IMG/VR virus record: IMGVR_UViG_3300028048_000038
Span: 345,538-409,537 of that record
Source of the DNA: a virus
Lineage: Duplodnaviria > Caudoviricetes
Strand: one strand, 5' to 3'
DNA: 64,000 bases
Part shown: one piece after another, positions 30,688 through 40,281 of the stretch
How the letters are laid out: each line of letters starts with the position of its first letter
Position numbering within the stretch: the first letter of the stretch is position 1
Program-made: the position numbers and the translations under genes
The notes under the pieces: model-generated
Databases searched by the model: none
What the model saw: only the letters and a program-made list of their open reading frames with translations
Told to the model about the DNA's origin: nothing

Positions 30688-30964
30688 CGTTTAAATGCAA
30701 TTTTTCGTCTCTTAATCTTATTAGTTTTCTATCTAGCTCTTTCTCATAATCATCGAAACCAAGAATATATGCCATTTGTTCACACATAATTGTGACATCA
30801 GCCAATTCTGTTAGAAGGTCTTCTGTTGTTGTTCTACCCCTATCGTCTCTTGCAAGGGCTGTAAGAAGCTCTCCAATCTCCTCATAAGCCATGTTCTTTT
30901 GTGCGCCAACACCCCATCTTGTTATGGCAGCATTATAAAGTTTCAAACGTTCACTTTTTTCCAT
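30668..30964 (-). CDS. MazG-like all-alpha NTP pyrophosphohydrolase
   Basis: EEIGEL...ELADV. Confidence 0.75.
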   Translation of the reverse strand: MEKSERLKLYNAAITRWGVGAQKNMAYEEIGELLTALARDDRGRTTTEDLLTELADVTIMCEQMAYILGFDDYEKELDRKLIRLRDEKLHLNDGDNNK

Positions 30965-31151
30965 AATTTACTATAAATCCCAACATTATTGATATAAGAG
31001 CCAACACTAAAGGAATCCAAAATGGCATAAGAACATAAAACCAAGACCAATTAATGACGTTGGTTAGTTTGAAAACCACAAACACGGCTAGTACTGATTC
31101 CATTACAGTTCTAAATTCGTTACTATCCCTTATTCCGTAATTATTTCTCAT
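30951..31151 (-). CDS. Small membrane protein
   Basis: FVVFKL.NVINWSWFYVLMPFWIP. Confidence 0.6.
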   Translation of the reverse strand: MRNNYGIRDSNEFRTVMESVLAVFVVFKLTNVINWSWFYVLMPFWIPLVLALISIMLGFIVNYGKK

Positions 31152-31638
31152 CTTCAAAACCCTTTCCTTCAGTGTATAATTGCTTACCAACTGCCTCAAG
31201 AGCAGCACAAACGGCATCAAATGCCTCTGGGGTCAATTTCACCTCCCTATCACATATGACATTATCCTTATTATCCTTTATGGTAAGTTTGCCACCTTCA
31301 TAGAAGACAAAGATGCCGCCATCCATACGGAATCCCAATTCACCATCCAAGTTTGCAAGGTCAGCATTTTCAAGTTTTTTGTATTCGTATCCCTTTGCTT
31401 TAATATATTCGTTTAAAGCCTTTCCTTGGCTTGGTGCGTCTCTGAATAATAAGAAATCATTGACATCTACATTATTGTATTCATACTGAGTGCCGTTCTT
31501 GAACACAACTCTTAATGTCTTTGGTTTGTTATCATAGTCAACGCATTCACTGTAACGTATGTTCGTGGATTCATACCATGTTCTAGAAACATCGTTACCA
31601 TCTTTGTCCTTTGTGTATAAATCAAATATTTTTGCCAT
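31141..31638 (-). CDS. KTSC-domain protein
   Basis: ESTNI...Y...TLRVVFKNGTQYEY.NV...F..APSQGKALN.YIK. Confidence 0.8.
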   Translation of the reverse strand: MAKIFDLYTKDKDGNDVSRTWYESTNIRYSECVDYDNKPKTLRVVFKNGTQYEYNNVDVNDFLLFRDAPSQGKALNEYIKAKGYEYKKLENADLANLDGELGFRMDGGIFVFYEGGKLTIKDNKDNVICDREVKLTPEAFDAVCAALEAVGKQLYTEGKGFEDEK

Positions 31639-31747
31639 AACTTTAACGTATTTTTGCAAAGATATTAAAAAAATGTTAAAATTCCAAATTATTGCTATTG
31701 AATTTTCATCAAAAAATCATTATTATTTAAATATAAAATTGAGAATT

Positions 31748-34252
31748 ATGAGTAAAAAGAACGAGACTAATTACACAATTGAGTTAAATGGAGTGTTGGA
31801 TTACATGTCAACGGTTTTGTTGAATGAGTTTCCAACAGACGTACTAACACCAGAGTACTTGATACTTTCCATCTTGGATGTAAGAGATTGTCATGCAAAC
31901 CTTATCTTGGACAATTGCTTAATGTCCAACAACCTAGATGAATTGAGAAAGGTTTATGTGGAGGTTATAGACGAACATACCAAACCACAGATGAAAGATG
32001 GTGATGTCAGATTTAATGATGAATTGGTGAGAATAATGGAGTGTGCTAAAACTGAGTCTGAGAAACTTAACAACTCCCAAATCGGTACAGAACACATATT
32101 ATTAGCTGTATTGAACAAGGAGAATAATTTCAAAGAGGAAGCTATATTTGGAAGGTTTATGCTCCAATATGAGTTCATTTATAATAAATGTGATGTGAAT
32201 ACGGCACAAAAAGAAACTAATGTAAAACCAAATAGATTGAAGCCTAAGAAATTAAGTAAAGCCAAGAAAGATATCCCATTGAAAAGTCAAGTTAATATGA
32301 AAACAGTCACAACAGACAATTCATCTGATTCTGCCATTGAACAGTTTACAACTAGTCTTAACAAACTAGCTAGAAATGGTAAAATTGATGATATAATTGG
32401 GAGAAAGGATGAAATTGAGGAAATCATCCAAATTTTATCAAGACGCAAAAAAAACAATGCCGTATTGGTTGGAAAAAGCGGTTGCGGGTGTACAGCCATA
32501 GTCTACGGCATCGCAAAGATGATTGAGGAAAACAAAGTCCCATCAGTTCTTGAAGGAAAGGAAATTGTTATGCTTAATCCAATGGCTCTTGTAAGTGGTA
32601 CACATTTTAGGGGTATGTTCGAGGAACGTATGAAGAACCTAATAGAAGCATTACAATCATCAGAAAGGTATATTCTATTCATTGATGATATTCATACTGT
32701 CCTAAGAAGCACCAATAAGGAAAGAGACGGAGATATTAGTGGAATGATTGGTAACTTGCTATCTGAAGGTACTGTTAAGGTTATTGCAACCACAAATTTC
32801 AAGGAATATAGAAATGCAATTGAATCAAATACACAGATTTCTAGGAAATTCCAAAAGATTGTGATAGAACCAACAACAATTGACGAATCAATTAAAGTGT
32901 TAAACCAAAATAAGAGATATTATGAAGACTATCATAATGTGAGTTACAGCGAAAAAACAATTGAAAAGGCTGTAAAGCTTGCTGAGAGATATATTACGGA
33001 TAGAAGTTTGCCAGACTCAGCATTTGACCTCATTGACTTGGCTGGAGCTAAGACAGCTCTTATTGACAGAGAGCCAATCGAGATTCAAAACACCAAGAAG
33101 AGAATGAGGCAAATCGAAGATGAAAAAAATGAGGCACTCAATAATGGGGATTTTGAAAAGATTGACTCATTAACCATTGAAGAAAATGTTCTTGCATCAG
33201 ACCTTGCGGATTATAAGAGAGACATTAAGAAGCTTAATCTTGCTAAGATTGATATTACAGAAAGCGACATTGCAGATGTGGTGTCTGAGATAACAAAGAT
33301 TCCAGTAAGTAAATTGTCATTGAACGAAAAGGAAAAGATTGCCAATATTGATGACGTGCTGAAGAAAACAATTGTTGGTCAAGACGAGGCGATTGATGAC
33401 ATATGCAGAGTCATCAAGAGAAATAGGGTTGGTCTTAGCGATGGAAAGAAGTGTGCTGGCACTTATTTGCTTCTAGGTCGTTCTGGCACAGGAAAAACTC
33501 TTTTAGCAAAGACAATCGCAAAAGAAATATTCGGAGATGAAAAGGCGCTCATAAGACTTGATATGTCTGAATATTCTGAGAAGAGTTCAGTGGCAAAACT
33601 TCATGGTTCAAGCCCTGGCTATATTGGTTATGATGATGGCGGTGTTCTGACGAATGCAATTAAGAATAAACCATATTCAGTAGTTTTACTTGATGAAATT
33701 GAAAAAGCTGATGAATCAATCTATAATTTATTCTTGCAAGTATTTGACGAAGGAAGACTTACAGAAAGCAATGGAAATGTGGTTGATTGTCATAACTGTA
33801 TATTCATCATGACATCAAATATTGGCACAAGAAAGGCTTCAGAACTTGGAAATGGCGTTGGTTTTGTGTCAGATGAGAACAATAATAAGAAATCAATCAT
33901 TGAGAAGGAACTTAAGAAGAAGTTTACTCCAGAATTCCTAAATAGAATAAATAAAATAGTTTATTTTAATGATTTATCCAATGATAATTTAAAAGATATT
34001 GTTAAACTAGAAATAAATAATTTTAATAATAAATTAAATAATATAGAATATAATATAGTATATACTGATGACGTAGTAGATTATATACATGTAAAGGCAA
34101 TAAAGAAAAAAGAATTTGGTGCAAGACCAATTATAAGGCTTATTCAAGATAACATCGAGGATAAAATCACAGAATTGATGCTTGAACACGACTATGAACC
34201 AAATTATACATTCAGTGCCTCTTGTGAAAATGGAGATATTGTTATTAAATAG
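31748..34252 (+). CDS. clpC: ClpC/ClpA-like AAA+ chaperone with a degenerate first ATPase site
   Basis: Clp-N repeats, IIGR..EI, RRKKNN, LPDSAFDLID; NBD2 GRSGTGKT, LDMSEY, PGYIGY, LLDEIEK, MTSN, VGF loop, PEFLNR, GARP. Confidence 0.88.
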   Translation: MSKKNETNYTIELNGVLDYMSTVLLNEFPTDVLTPEYLILSILDVRDCHANLILDNCLMSNNLDELRKVYVEVIDEHTKPQMKDGDVRFNDELVRIMECAKTESEKLNNSQIGTEHILLAVLNKENNFKEEAIFGRFMLQYEFIYNKCDVNTAQKETNVKPNRLKPKKLSKAKKDIPLKSQVNMKTVTTDNSSDSAIEQFTTSLNKLARNGKIDDIIGRKDEIEEIIQILSRRKKNNAVLVGKSGCGCTAIVYGIAKMIEENKVPSVLEGKEIVMLNPMALVSGTHFRGMFEERMKNLIEALQSSERYILFIDDIHTVLRSTNKERDGDISGMIGNLLSEGTVKVIATTNFKEYRNAIESNTQISRKFQKIVIEPTTIDESIKVLNQNKRYYEDYHNVSYSEKTIEKAVKLAERYITDRSLPDSAFDLIDLAGAKTALIDREPIEIQNTKKRMRQIEDEKNEALNNGDFEKIDSLTIEENVLASDLADYKRDIKKLNLAKIDITESDIADVVSEITKIPVSKLSLNEKEKIANIDDVLKKTIVGQDEAIDDICRVIKRNRVGLSDGKKCAGTYLLLGRSGTGKTLLAKTIAKEIFGDEKALIRLDMSEYSEKSSVAKLHGSSPGYIGYDDGGVLTNAIKNKPYSVVLLDEIEKADESIYNLFLQVFDEGRLTESNGNVVDCHNCIFIMTSNIGTRKASELGNGVGFVSDENNNKKSIIEKELKKKFTPEFLNRINKIVYFNDLSNDNLKDIVKLEINNFNNKLNNIEYNIVYTDDVVDYIHVKAIKKKEFGARPIIRLIQDNIEDKITELMLEHDYEPNYTFSASCENGDIVIK

Positions 34253-34357
34253 GAAACGCTCATAATTTTCAAATATTTTATAGTTAACAATGGGGGAGGT
34301 TGAAACATTAATAAATCTCCCCCTTTTTTGTAAAATAAGCAAAAATATCTTAAAAAA

Positions 34358-34391
34358 TTTGGTTTTCTCAAATATTTTTAGTATCTTTGCA
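34358..34391 (+). promoter_or_regulatory. Representative Bacteroidota-type (-33 TTTG / -7 TAnnTTTG) promoter; about 17 copies in the window
   Basis: -7 boxes at 302, 6921(-), 11547, 31657(-), 34382, 35944, 36353, 36916, 38627, 40245, 41172, 44188, 47129, 49124, 55564, 58075 and 62619; most have TTTG about 20 nt upstream. Confidence 0.85.
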
Positions 34392-34411
34392 TTTGTAAAT
34401 CGTGTGCAGTC

Positions 34412-34984
34412 ATGCGTATAGATTTATGTAACAAGTTGGTTGATAACAATTTAACCAAAGAAGACTTGTTAGAAAGGGTTGAAATAAGGAAGACCTCTAC
34501 AGAAGATTTAGTCCAAATTTGCAAGACTTTGGCTAAAGCATTCGACTTATCATGTGATGCAGAGGCATATGGGCAACTTTGTCAATCCAAGGCATTATTG
34601 GAAGACTCAGTTAAGCTAGTTGATAAGGAAAGTGGGGAAATTTATAGTTTGCTTATGTTCTGTGAGTGCCCAATAAAGTTTGGCTCTCCAATCTCATTCG
34701 TTGAGAAGGAGCTTTCAGAATATTTGGATAGATATGTTCAAGTCAATGGGCATTCATTCATTATTGATGAGAGACTTCGTGGGACAAATCTCGATAAACA
34801 GATGTTGTACTTCAACATCAAGTTCTTGAGAGATAATTATGACTTTATTTGGATGGGTGTCGAGAAAAGTTTACGAACTTTACCATATTGGCATAGACTA
34901 GGATTTGTAGATGTATTTGAGATACCAGAAGCTGTGTTTTGTCTTATACCATTAAGCAAAAAGATGATTAAGGAATATTTATAA
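34412..34984 (+). CDS. GNAT-family acetyltransferase-like protein
   Basis: FIIDERLRGTNL...YWHRLGF. Confidence 0.6.
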   Translation: MRIDLCNKLVDNNLTKEDLLERVEIRKTSTEDLVQICKTLAKAFDLSCDAEAYGQLCQSKALLEDSVKLVDKESGEIYSLLMFCECPIKFGSPISFVEKELSEYLDRYVQVNGHSFIIDERLRGTNLDKQMLYFNIKFLRDNYDFIWMGVEKSLRTLPYWHRLGFVDVFEIPEAVFCLIPLSKKMIKEYL

Positions 34985-35002
34985 TAATAAACAGAATTTA
35001 TT

Positions 35003-35362
35003 ATGAAAAAATTCATATTATCTGAAAATGGTTTAGAGAGACTTAAACAGAATATAATAAAGGAAGCATGTTATGAAGACCATGTGAGTCATGGTTCTAA
35101 GTTCCTTACCGCAAACTATAAGGCAATTCCTTATGACAATGGTAAAGGTAAGATTGTTGGCGTGTTCATGAAATTGGATAATGGACAGCCTACAAAGATG
35201 ACATGTTGGAAACAAGATGTGCTTGATGCACTAGATAAAGAATTTTATAATAGGATAACAAACGATACCGAAAGAAAAGGCTTCATAAGCCAATTGCTAG
35301 ACGATTGGTATAATGGTGGAATTAGTAAATATGGAAGTCTGACAAAGTATAATTTTAACTAA
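35003..35362 (+). CDS. Hypothetical protein with KKFILSE-tag
   Basis: MKKFILSENGLERLKQNIIKE; late-type motif upstream. Confidence 0.55.
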   Translation: MKKFILSENGLERLKQNIIKEACYEDHVSHGSKFLTANYKAIPYDNGKGKIVGVFMKLDNGQPTKMTCWKQDVLDALDKEFYNRITNDTERKGFISQLLDDWYNGGISKYGSLTKYNFN

Positions 35363-35435
35363 GAGGAAAGCGTGACGTAACTCGCTCTCACATATCGTCA
35401 CCATATCGGCATGTAGCATACTACAGCCGAGCCTC
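35363..35435 (+). ncRNA. Candidate structured leader RNA upstream of the transglycosylase gene
   Basis: GC-rich intergenic island with hairpin TCGGCATGTAG-CATA-CTACAGCCGA, AGCG/CGCT stem and TGACG/CGTCA pseudoknot potential. Confidence 0.4.
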
Positions 35436-35449
35436 ACATAAAACTTTTA

Positions 35450-35887
35450 ATGATGAGACTAAAGAAATTATTTTTAATCGTGATGTTAATGCTTCCAATT
35501 AGCGTTAACGCACAACAAGGAAATGACTCATACGATTGGACTAAAGTAATTGATGCCATCGTGAAAGTCGAAAGCAAGGGAAATCCAAAGGCATATAATC
35601 AGAATGGTAATTGTGCAGGAATACTTCAGATTGTGCCTATATTGGTAAAGGAGTGCAACCAAATTCTCAAGGAGAAAAAATCTACTAAACGTTATACCGT
35701 ATCAGATAGATATGACGTTCAAAAATCAAAGGAAATGTTCATCTTGCTGCAAGAACATTTCAATCCAGAACATAGTGTGGAAAAGGCAATTAAATGTTGG
35801 AATTGCGGATTCTATACTAAAAATTGGAAAAACAAAAGTATTGGATACTATAGGAAAGTTATGAAATATTACGATGGAGGCAATTAA
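35450..35887 (+). CDS. Secreted lytic transglycosylase/lysozyme-like protein
   Basis: Signal peptide (SVNA^Q); IDAIVKVESKGNPKA...GILQI. Confidence 0.8.
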   Translation: MMRLKKLFLIVMLMLPISVNAQQGNDSYDWTKVIDAIVKVESKGNPKAYNQNGNCAGILQIVPILVKECNQILKEKKSTKRYTVSDRYDVQKSKEMFILLQEHFNPEHSVEKAIKCWNCGFYTKNWKNKSIGYYRKVMKYYDGGN

Positions 35888-35955
35888 GCCTCCATTTTTT
35901 TATTTTTTAACATTTTAATATTTGTATTTAGAAATATTTTCTATATCTTTGCTTT

Positions 35956-36285
35956 ATGGAAATAAAACAGTTAGAACTATTCTCAGAAAATGATTTTGAG
36001 CCACAAAAGGTTTATTTGTGGAAAATTAAACATTGGGTTATAATCGACAATCTCGATAGAAGCAATTTTGAAGCCACTCGTAATAAGCATTATAAGATGA
36101 TTATTGACACAATAGGTGGGTTTGTATATGATGAGAATAGTATTCAAACCACTCCCATGAGAGGAGATAAAGATGCTAGAACATTGAACATTAGCGAATA
36201 CTTCATGCTAGCTAAAATGCTTAAGGAAAATGGAAAATACCTATATAATAAGAAATTAGGGAAAACCATATTAAAAAATAGGTGA
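35956..36285 (+). CDS. Hypothetical protein
   Basis: ORF behind a host-type promoter. Confidence 0.55.
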   Translation: MEIKQLELFSENDFEPQKVYLWKIKHWVIIDNLDRSNFEATRNKHYKMIIDTIGGFVYDENSIQTTPMRGDKDARTLNISEYFMLAKMLKENGKYLYNKKLGKTILKNR

Positions 36286-36388
36286 TTTCCTAAACCTACT
36301 CAGAAAAGCCCTAAATGTGCCGTAACTGTTTGGAAAATAAAAAATAAACCAATATCTTTGCAATAGTTATATTAAAATTGATTGGCTT

Positions 36389-36856
36389 ATGAAAAAGATT
36401 TTTGGATTTTTAGTAGCTTTAGCAATGTCAATAAGTCTTAGCTCTTGCGTAACAACTGCCGTAGCACAAGATGATGCGTTTGATGATGGAGTAAATACAA
36501 CTGTCATTATTTCATATGGAACGCCATTCCTCAATGATGATGGTTTAATTATGTACTACTATTACAGAGGATGGTATTATTATCCTTATTATATCGGTGA
36601 TAGATATTGTTTCCATAGGTATAGAAGAGTATTACCGCCACAGCACTTCAGCAATTGGTACAGACCTATGCCTAGAGGACATTTCCATCAAAGACCACAC
36701 AGTCATCACCCTAGGCATGTAGCACCGTCAAGACCTATTCATCATGGTGGTGGCATGCATAGACCGCATAATCCAAACATGAACGGTGGTGGACATAGAC
36801 CTATGAACACACCTAGAAGCTCTACAAGAGGTGGTCATCTTGGTGGTAGAAGATAA
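36389..36856 (+). CDS. Lipoprotein with Tyr-rich core and His/Pro/Arg/Gly-rich tail
   Basis: MKK + hydrophobic stretch + LSSC lipobox. Confidence 0.65.
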   Translation: MKKIFGFLVALAMSISLSSCVTTAVAQDDAFDDGVNTTVIISYGTPFLNDDGLIMYYYYRGWYYYPYYIGDRYCFHRYRRVLPPQHFSNWYRPMPRGHFHQRPHSHHPRHVAPSRPIHHGGGMHRPHNPNMNGGGHRPMNTPRSSTRGGHLGGRR

Positions 36857-36980
36857 AATGTTAACGAAATAAAAAAATAGTTGTGATAAAATTTGGAATT
36901 GCCAAATAAAAACTATATCTTTGCAATGTCAGACTTTTAAAATTTGACAGATTACTAAAAATATAATTTTAATTAAAGTT

Positions 36981-37490
36981 ATGGAAAAAATTAATGTATT
37001 TATCGTTGCGTTGCCAACTTTTGAAAGTGTTGTGGAGAAGATTAAGGACGCAATCGAAGAAAAGTTCGAGAAGCCAAAGTGTAAGAAACCTCGTTTCTGT
37101 TGCGATGACTTCGAAGAGGATGAGGAGGATTTGACACCTCCAAGATTTAAAAATCACAGCTTTATGCCACTAGCACCTATCCCACAGTGGGGTATTGGTG
37201 GAAAACCAGCAGATGAGAATCTAAGATTTGGTTACGGTCTTGAAGTAGATGAACCAAGGCGTTCAGACTATGACAACTTCGAGGACTTTGAATACGACCA
37301 TCAGTTGTATGACGAATTTGTCGATGCTGGAGAATCTTGCCGTGAGCGTGGGCTTGATAGACGTAATAACGCACCAATCACAAAGTGTAATGCCATCCGT
37401 AAAAGACTGAACGAAGCACCTCCTATGAACTTACCGTTAATTGGAGAGACAGACTGGTGGAACGAAGATGATTTAGATTGGGATTATTAA
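36981..37490 (+). CDS. Hypothetical acidic protein
   Basis: ORF behind a host-type promoter and followed by a terminator. Confidence 0.6.
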   Translation: MEKINVFIVALPTFESVVEKIKDAIEEKFEKPKCKKPRFCCDDFEEDEEDLTPPRFKNHSFMPLAPIPQWGIGGKPADENLRFGYGLEVDEPRRSDYDNFEDFEYDHQLYDEFVDAGESCRERGLDRRNNAPITKCNAIRKRLNEAPPMNLPLIGETDWWNEDDLDWDY

Positions 37491-37544
37491 TTAGAAAAGG
37501 TGGGTATAAAGATGATACTCACCTTTTTTAGACTTTTAGAGGTT

Positions 37545-38372
37545 ATGAGTAAGAGAGATAGTTTAGGAGATAGAATGAAGAGTTATTACGAGAATAGAGC
37601 TAAGACCTATCTCGTAAGAAGAATGCCAGTTATCATAAGATTGGATGGAAAGGCATTTCATACTTTCACAAGAGGTTTTGCAAAACCTTTTGATAAAAGA
37701 CTAATTAAGACAATGCAAGAAACCACTCTTGAACTTTGTAAAAATATTCAAGGTTGCGTATTTGGTTATACACAGTCAGATGAAATTACACTAGTGTTAG
37801 TTGATTATAACACATTAGATACAGACGCATGGTTTGACTATAGCGTTGAGAAAATGTGTTCAGTATCTGCTGCAATGGCTACATTATATTTCAATAGAAT
37901 ATTTCGCAACAAAATTCATGAGTTTGTTAATAAGCATCACAGTGTATTAACCGATGTAAAAACATATGGTGAAGAACTAGTGGGTTCTGTGAATAAATTA
38001 TTAAAGTCATACAATAGAGCCGTTGAACAAGGTGCGTTATTTGACTCAAGATGCTTCAATATTCCAATTTCAGACGTTTGTAATTGTATCCTTTGGCGTG
38101 AAAAGGATGCTGAAAGAAATAGCATTAATAGTCTAGGACAATCAATGTTTTCTCACAAAGAACTGCAAGGAAAGAGCACTAGCCAAGTTCAAGATATGCT
38201 AATGGAGAAATATGGCATCAATTGGAATAACTTATCAACTGTTGAAAAACGTGGAACTGCCGTTATTAAGAACGATAAGGGAGAATGGTTCATTGATGAT
38301 GAAATGCCTATACTAACTGGAGAAGGACGTAATTACGTTGAATCTAGAATTATATTTGATGATAAGAAATGA
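37545..38372 (+). CDS. tRNA(His) guanylyltransferase Thg1-like protein (3'-5' polymerase)
   Basis: RMK.YE, RLDGKAFHTFT, YTQSDEI, FDSR, WR..DA.RNS. Confidence 0.92.
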   Translation: MSKRDSLGDRMKSYYENRAKTYLVRRMPVIIRLDGKAFHTFTRGFAKPFDKRLIKTMQETTLELCKNIQGCVFGYTQSDEITLVLVDYNTLDTDAWFDYSVEKMCSVSAAMATLYFNRIFRNKIHEFVNKHHSVLTDVKTYGEELVGSVNKLLKSYNRAVEQGALFDSRCFNIPISDVCNCILWREKDAERNSINSLGQSMFSHKELQGKSTSQVQDMLMEKYGINWNNLSTVEKRGTAVIKNDKGEWFIDDEMPILTGEGRNYVESRIIFDDKK

Positions 38373-38578
38373 AATATAAAGAGATAGATGGAATTGTTAA
38401 TGTAATGGACGGTGATACTGTAGTTGCAAGGTATGAAGTGGATAGGCATTGGACTGAGAAAAACGTTTCCATTAAGGATGGGCAAATAAACATAAGGCTA
38501 TACAATAGGATAAAGGGCTTTCTTGATTGCAAGGTGGAATTAAACAATGATTCAATTCAGAAGATACCGTTTTCTTAA
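38369..38578 (+). CDS. Hypothetical protein
   Basis: 69-aa ORF translationally coupled to thg1. Confidence 0.5.
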   Translation: MKYKEIDGIVNVMDGDTVVARYEVDRHWTEKNVSIKDGQINIRLYNRIKGFLDCKVELNNDSIQKIPFS

Positions 38579-38657
38579 ATAAAGTTAAAGATTGGATTGG
38601 TTTTTGGCTAATCCAATTTTTTTTCATATCTTTGCATCAGAAAATACATTAAGAAAA

Positions 38658-39932
38658 ATGAAAGATACTTTTCAGACAATTACAGACGATAATCGCCTAT
38701 TATTTGAATATGTGGCAGGCAGTCATTTATATGGGCTTAATAATGAATCTAGTGACCTAGATACGAAGGGATTGTTTATTGCTCCTAAAGAGGTGTTAAT
38801 GGGTCTTGGCTCAGACTATCAGCCTTTGGTTTCTGATGAAAGGAATGACAACACGTGGTTTGAGATTGGCAATTATTGCAACCTATTATTGAAATCAAAC
38901 CCAACGGTATTGGAGGCATTGTTTGTACCAGAGGATAAGATTATCACACCTCCTTCAGATATTATTATGCCTCTCTTTGAAAATAGAGACCAATTCGTGA
39001 CAAAGCAGTGTTTCAAGCCATTTATATCATATGCCGTAGAACAGATAAGGAAATGTCGTGGACAGAACAAGTTGATTGTAAATCCAGTTACGGAGAGACT
39101 TACACCGTTTGACTTTGCTTATACTTTCTACAAGCAAGGTAGCACCAAGATTAGGAATTGGCTTGATAATCGTGGTCTCAATAAGGATTTCTGTGGTCTT
39201 GTACACATTCCCAATATGCATGACACATATGGTGTATATTACGATTGGGGAGCACATATCCATCATCGTCTTATTAAGTATGAAGACATGGAAATGGCAG
39301 CATTTGGCGCAAATATATTCGGCTATATTTTTCTTTGTTGGTTTGGTTATGGACAAGTTGCTGAAGACATTAAGAAATTCACTAAATTCGTAATGGAGTT
39401 TTTCAACTTGGAAACCAAAAAAGACCTCAAGGATTGGTATGATAAAAACCAAGAGGTAATTCACTATCGTGGTATGTGTCTTGAGAATTCTACAGATATG
39501 CGTGGTTCATCTGTATCAAAAGGTGAGAAACCTATTTGCCATATGGTTTATAATGAAAGCGGCTTCAAAGACCATTGTAAGAAGTACAAGGAATTTCAAG
39601 ATTGGGTCAAGAACCGTAATCCGAAGCGTTATGAATCAAATCTTGGTAAGGGGTACGATGCGAAGAACCTCATGCATACGTTCAGACTTATCCACATGGG
39701 TAAGGAGATTGCAGAGGGTCGTGGAATTATCCTAAACCGTACTGAGGATAGGGATTTCCTAATGGATGTCAGAAATCATAAATACGAATATGACGATTTG
39801 ATTGCAATGGCTGATGCTGACAAGGAAGCACTAGATAAGGCAATGGCTGAGTCTACCATCAGAGAAACAATTAATGTCGATTTCGTTAATGAGTTGCTAA
39901 TTGAGATTAGGAAAAAAGCATATGGCGCATGA
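38658..39932 (+). CDS. RlaP/YcgL-like nucleotidyltransferase
   Basis: AGSHLYGLN...SDLDTKG.F, KSNPTVLE.L, YDAKNLMH..RL. Confidence 0.85.
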   Translation: MKDTFQTITDDNRLLFEYVAGSHLYGLNNESSDLDTKGLFIAPKEVLMGLGSDYQPLVSDERNDNTWFEIGNYCNLLLKSNPTVLEALFVPEDKIITPPSDIIMPLFENRDQFVTKQCFKPFISYAVEQIRKCRGQNKLIVNPVTERLTPFDFAYTFYKQGSTKIRNWLDNRGLNKDFCGLVHIPNMHDTYGVYYDWGAHIHHRLIKYEDMEMAAFGANIFGYIFLCWFGYGQVAEDIKKFTKFVMEFFNLETKKDLKDWYDKNQEVIHYRGMCLENSTDMRGSSVSKGEKPICHMVYNESGFKDHCKKYKEFQDWVKNRNPKRYESNLGKGYDAKNLMHTFRLIHMGKEIAEGRGIILNRTEDRDFLMDVRNHKYEYDDLIAMADADKEALDKAMAESTIRETINVDFVNELLIEIRKKAYGA

Positions 39933-40201
39933 AAGCAAAAAAATTCAAATCCTTCTGTAGAATATGTCTAGGTCTCGAACCTAATGGCTTTGGGGGAGAA
40001 ATGCCAGACGATTGGGAGGTCAACATAGGCACGTGTCTTGGCGAAGAAGACATTCTTGCGTGGGATGATGATGTTAAAGGCAAGACAACAACCCTTTGTG
40101 GCGTTTCAATGGATGGTTATAAGGAAGATGCCTTGAAGCATTTCACCACTGAAGAATTATTGGCTGAATTGGAAAGAAGATGCGATTGTGCCGCAGATTA
40201 G
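39929..40201 (+). CDS. Hypothetical protein
   Basis: 90-aa ORF with ATGA overlap. Confidence 0.5.
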   Translation: MKAKKFKSFCRICLGLEPNGFGGEMPDDWEVNIGTCLGEEDILAWDDDVKGKTTTLCGVSMDGYKEDALKHFTTEELLAELERRCDCAAD

Positions 40202-40281
40202 CGTTAAAAAGTCTTAAAGATTTGGAATTTTCCAAAATTAACTATATCTTTGCATTGTATAACAATTTTAAATAATTAAAA

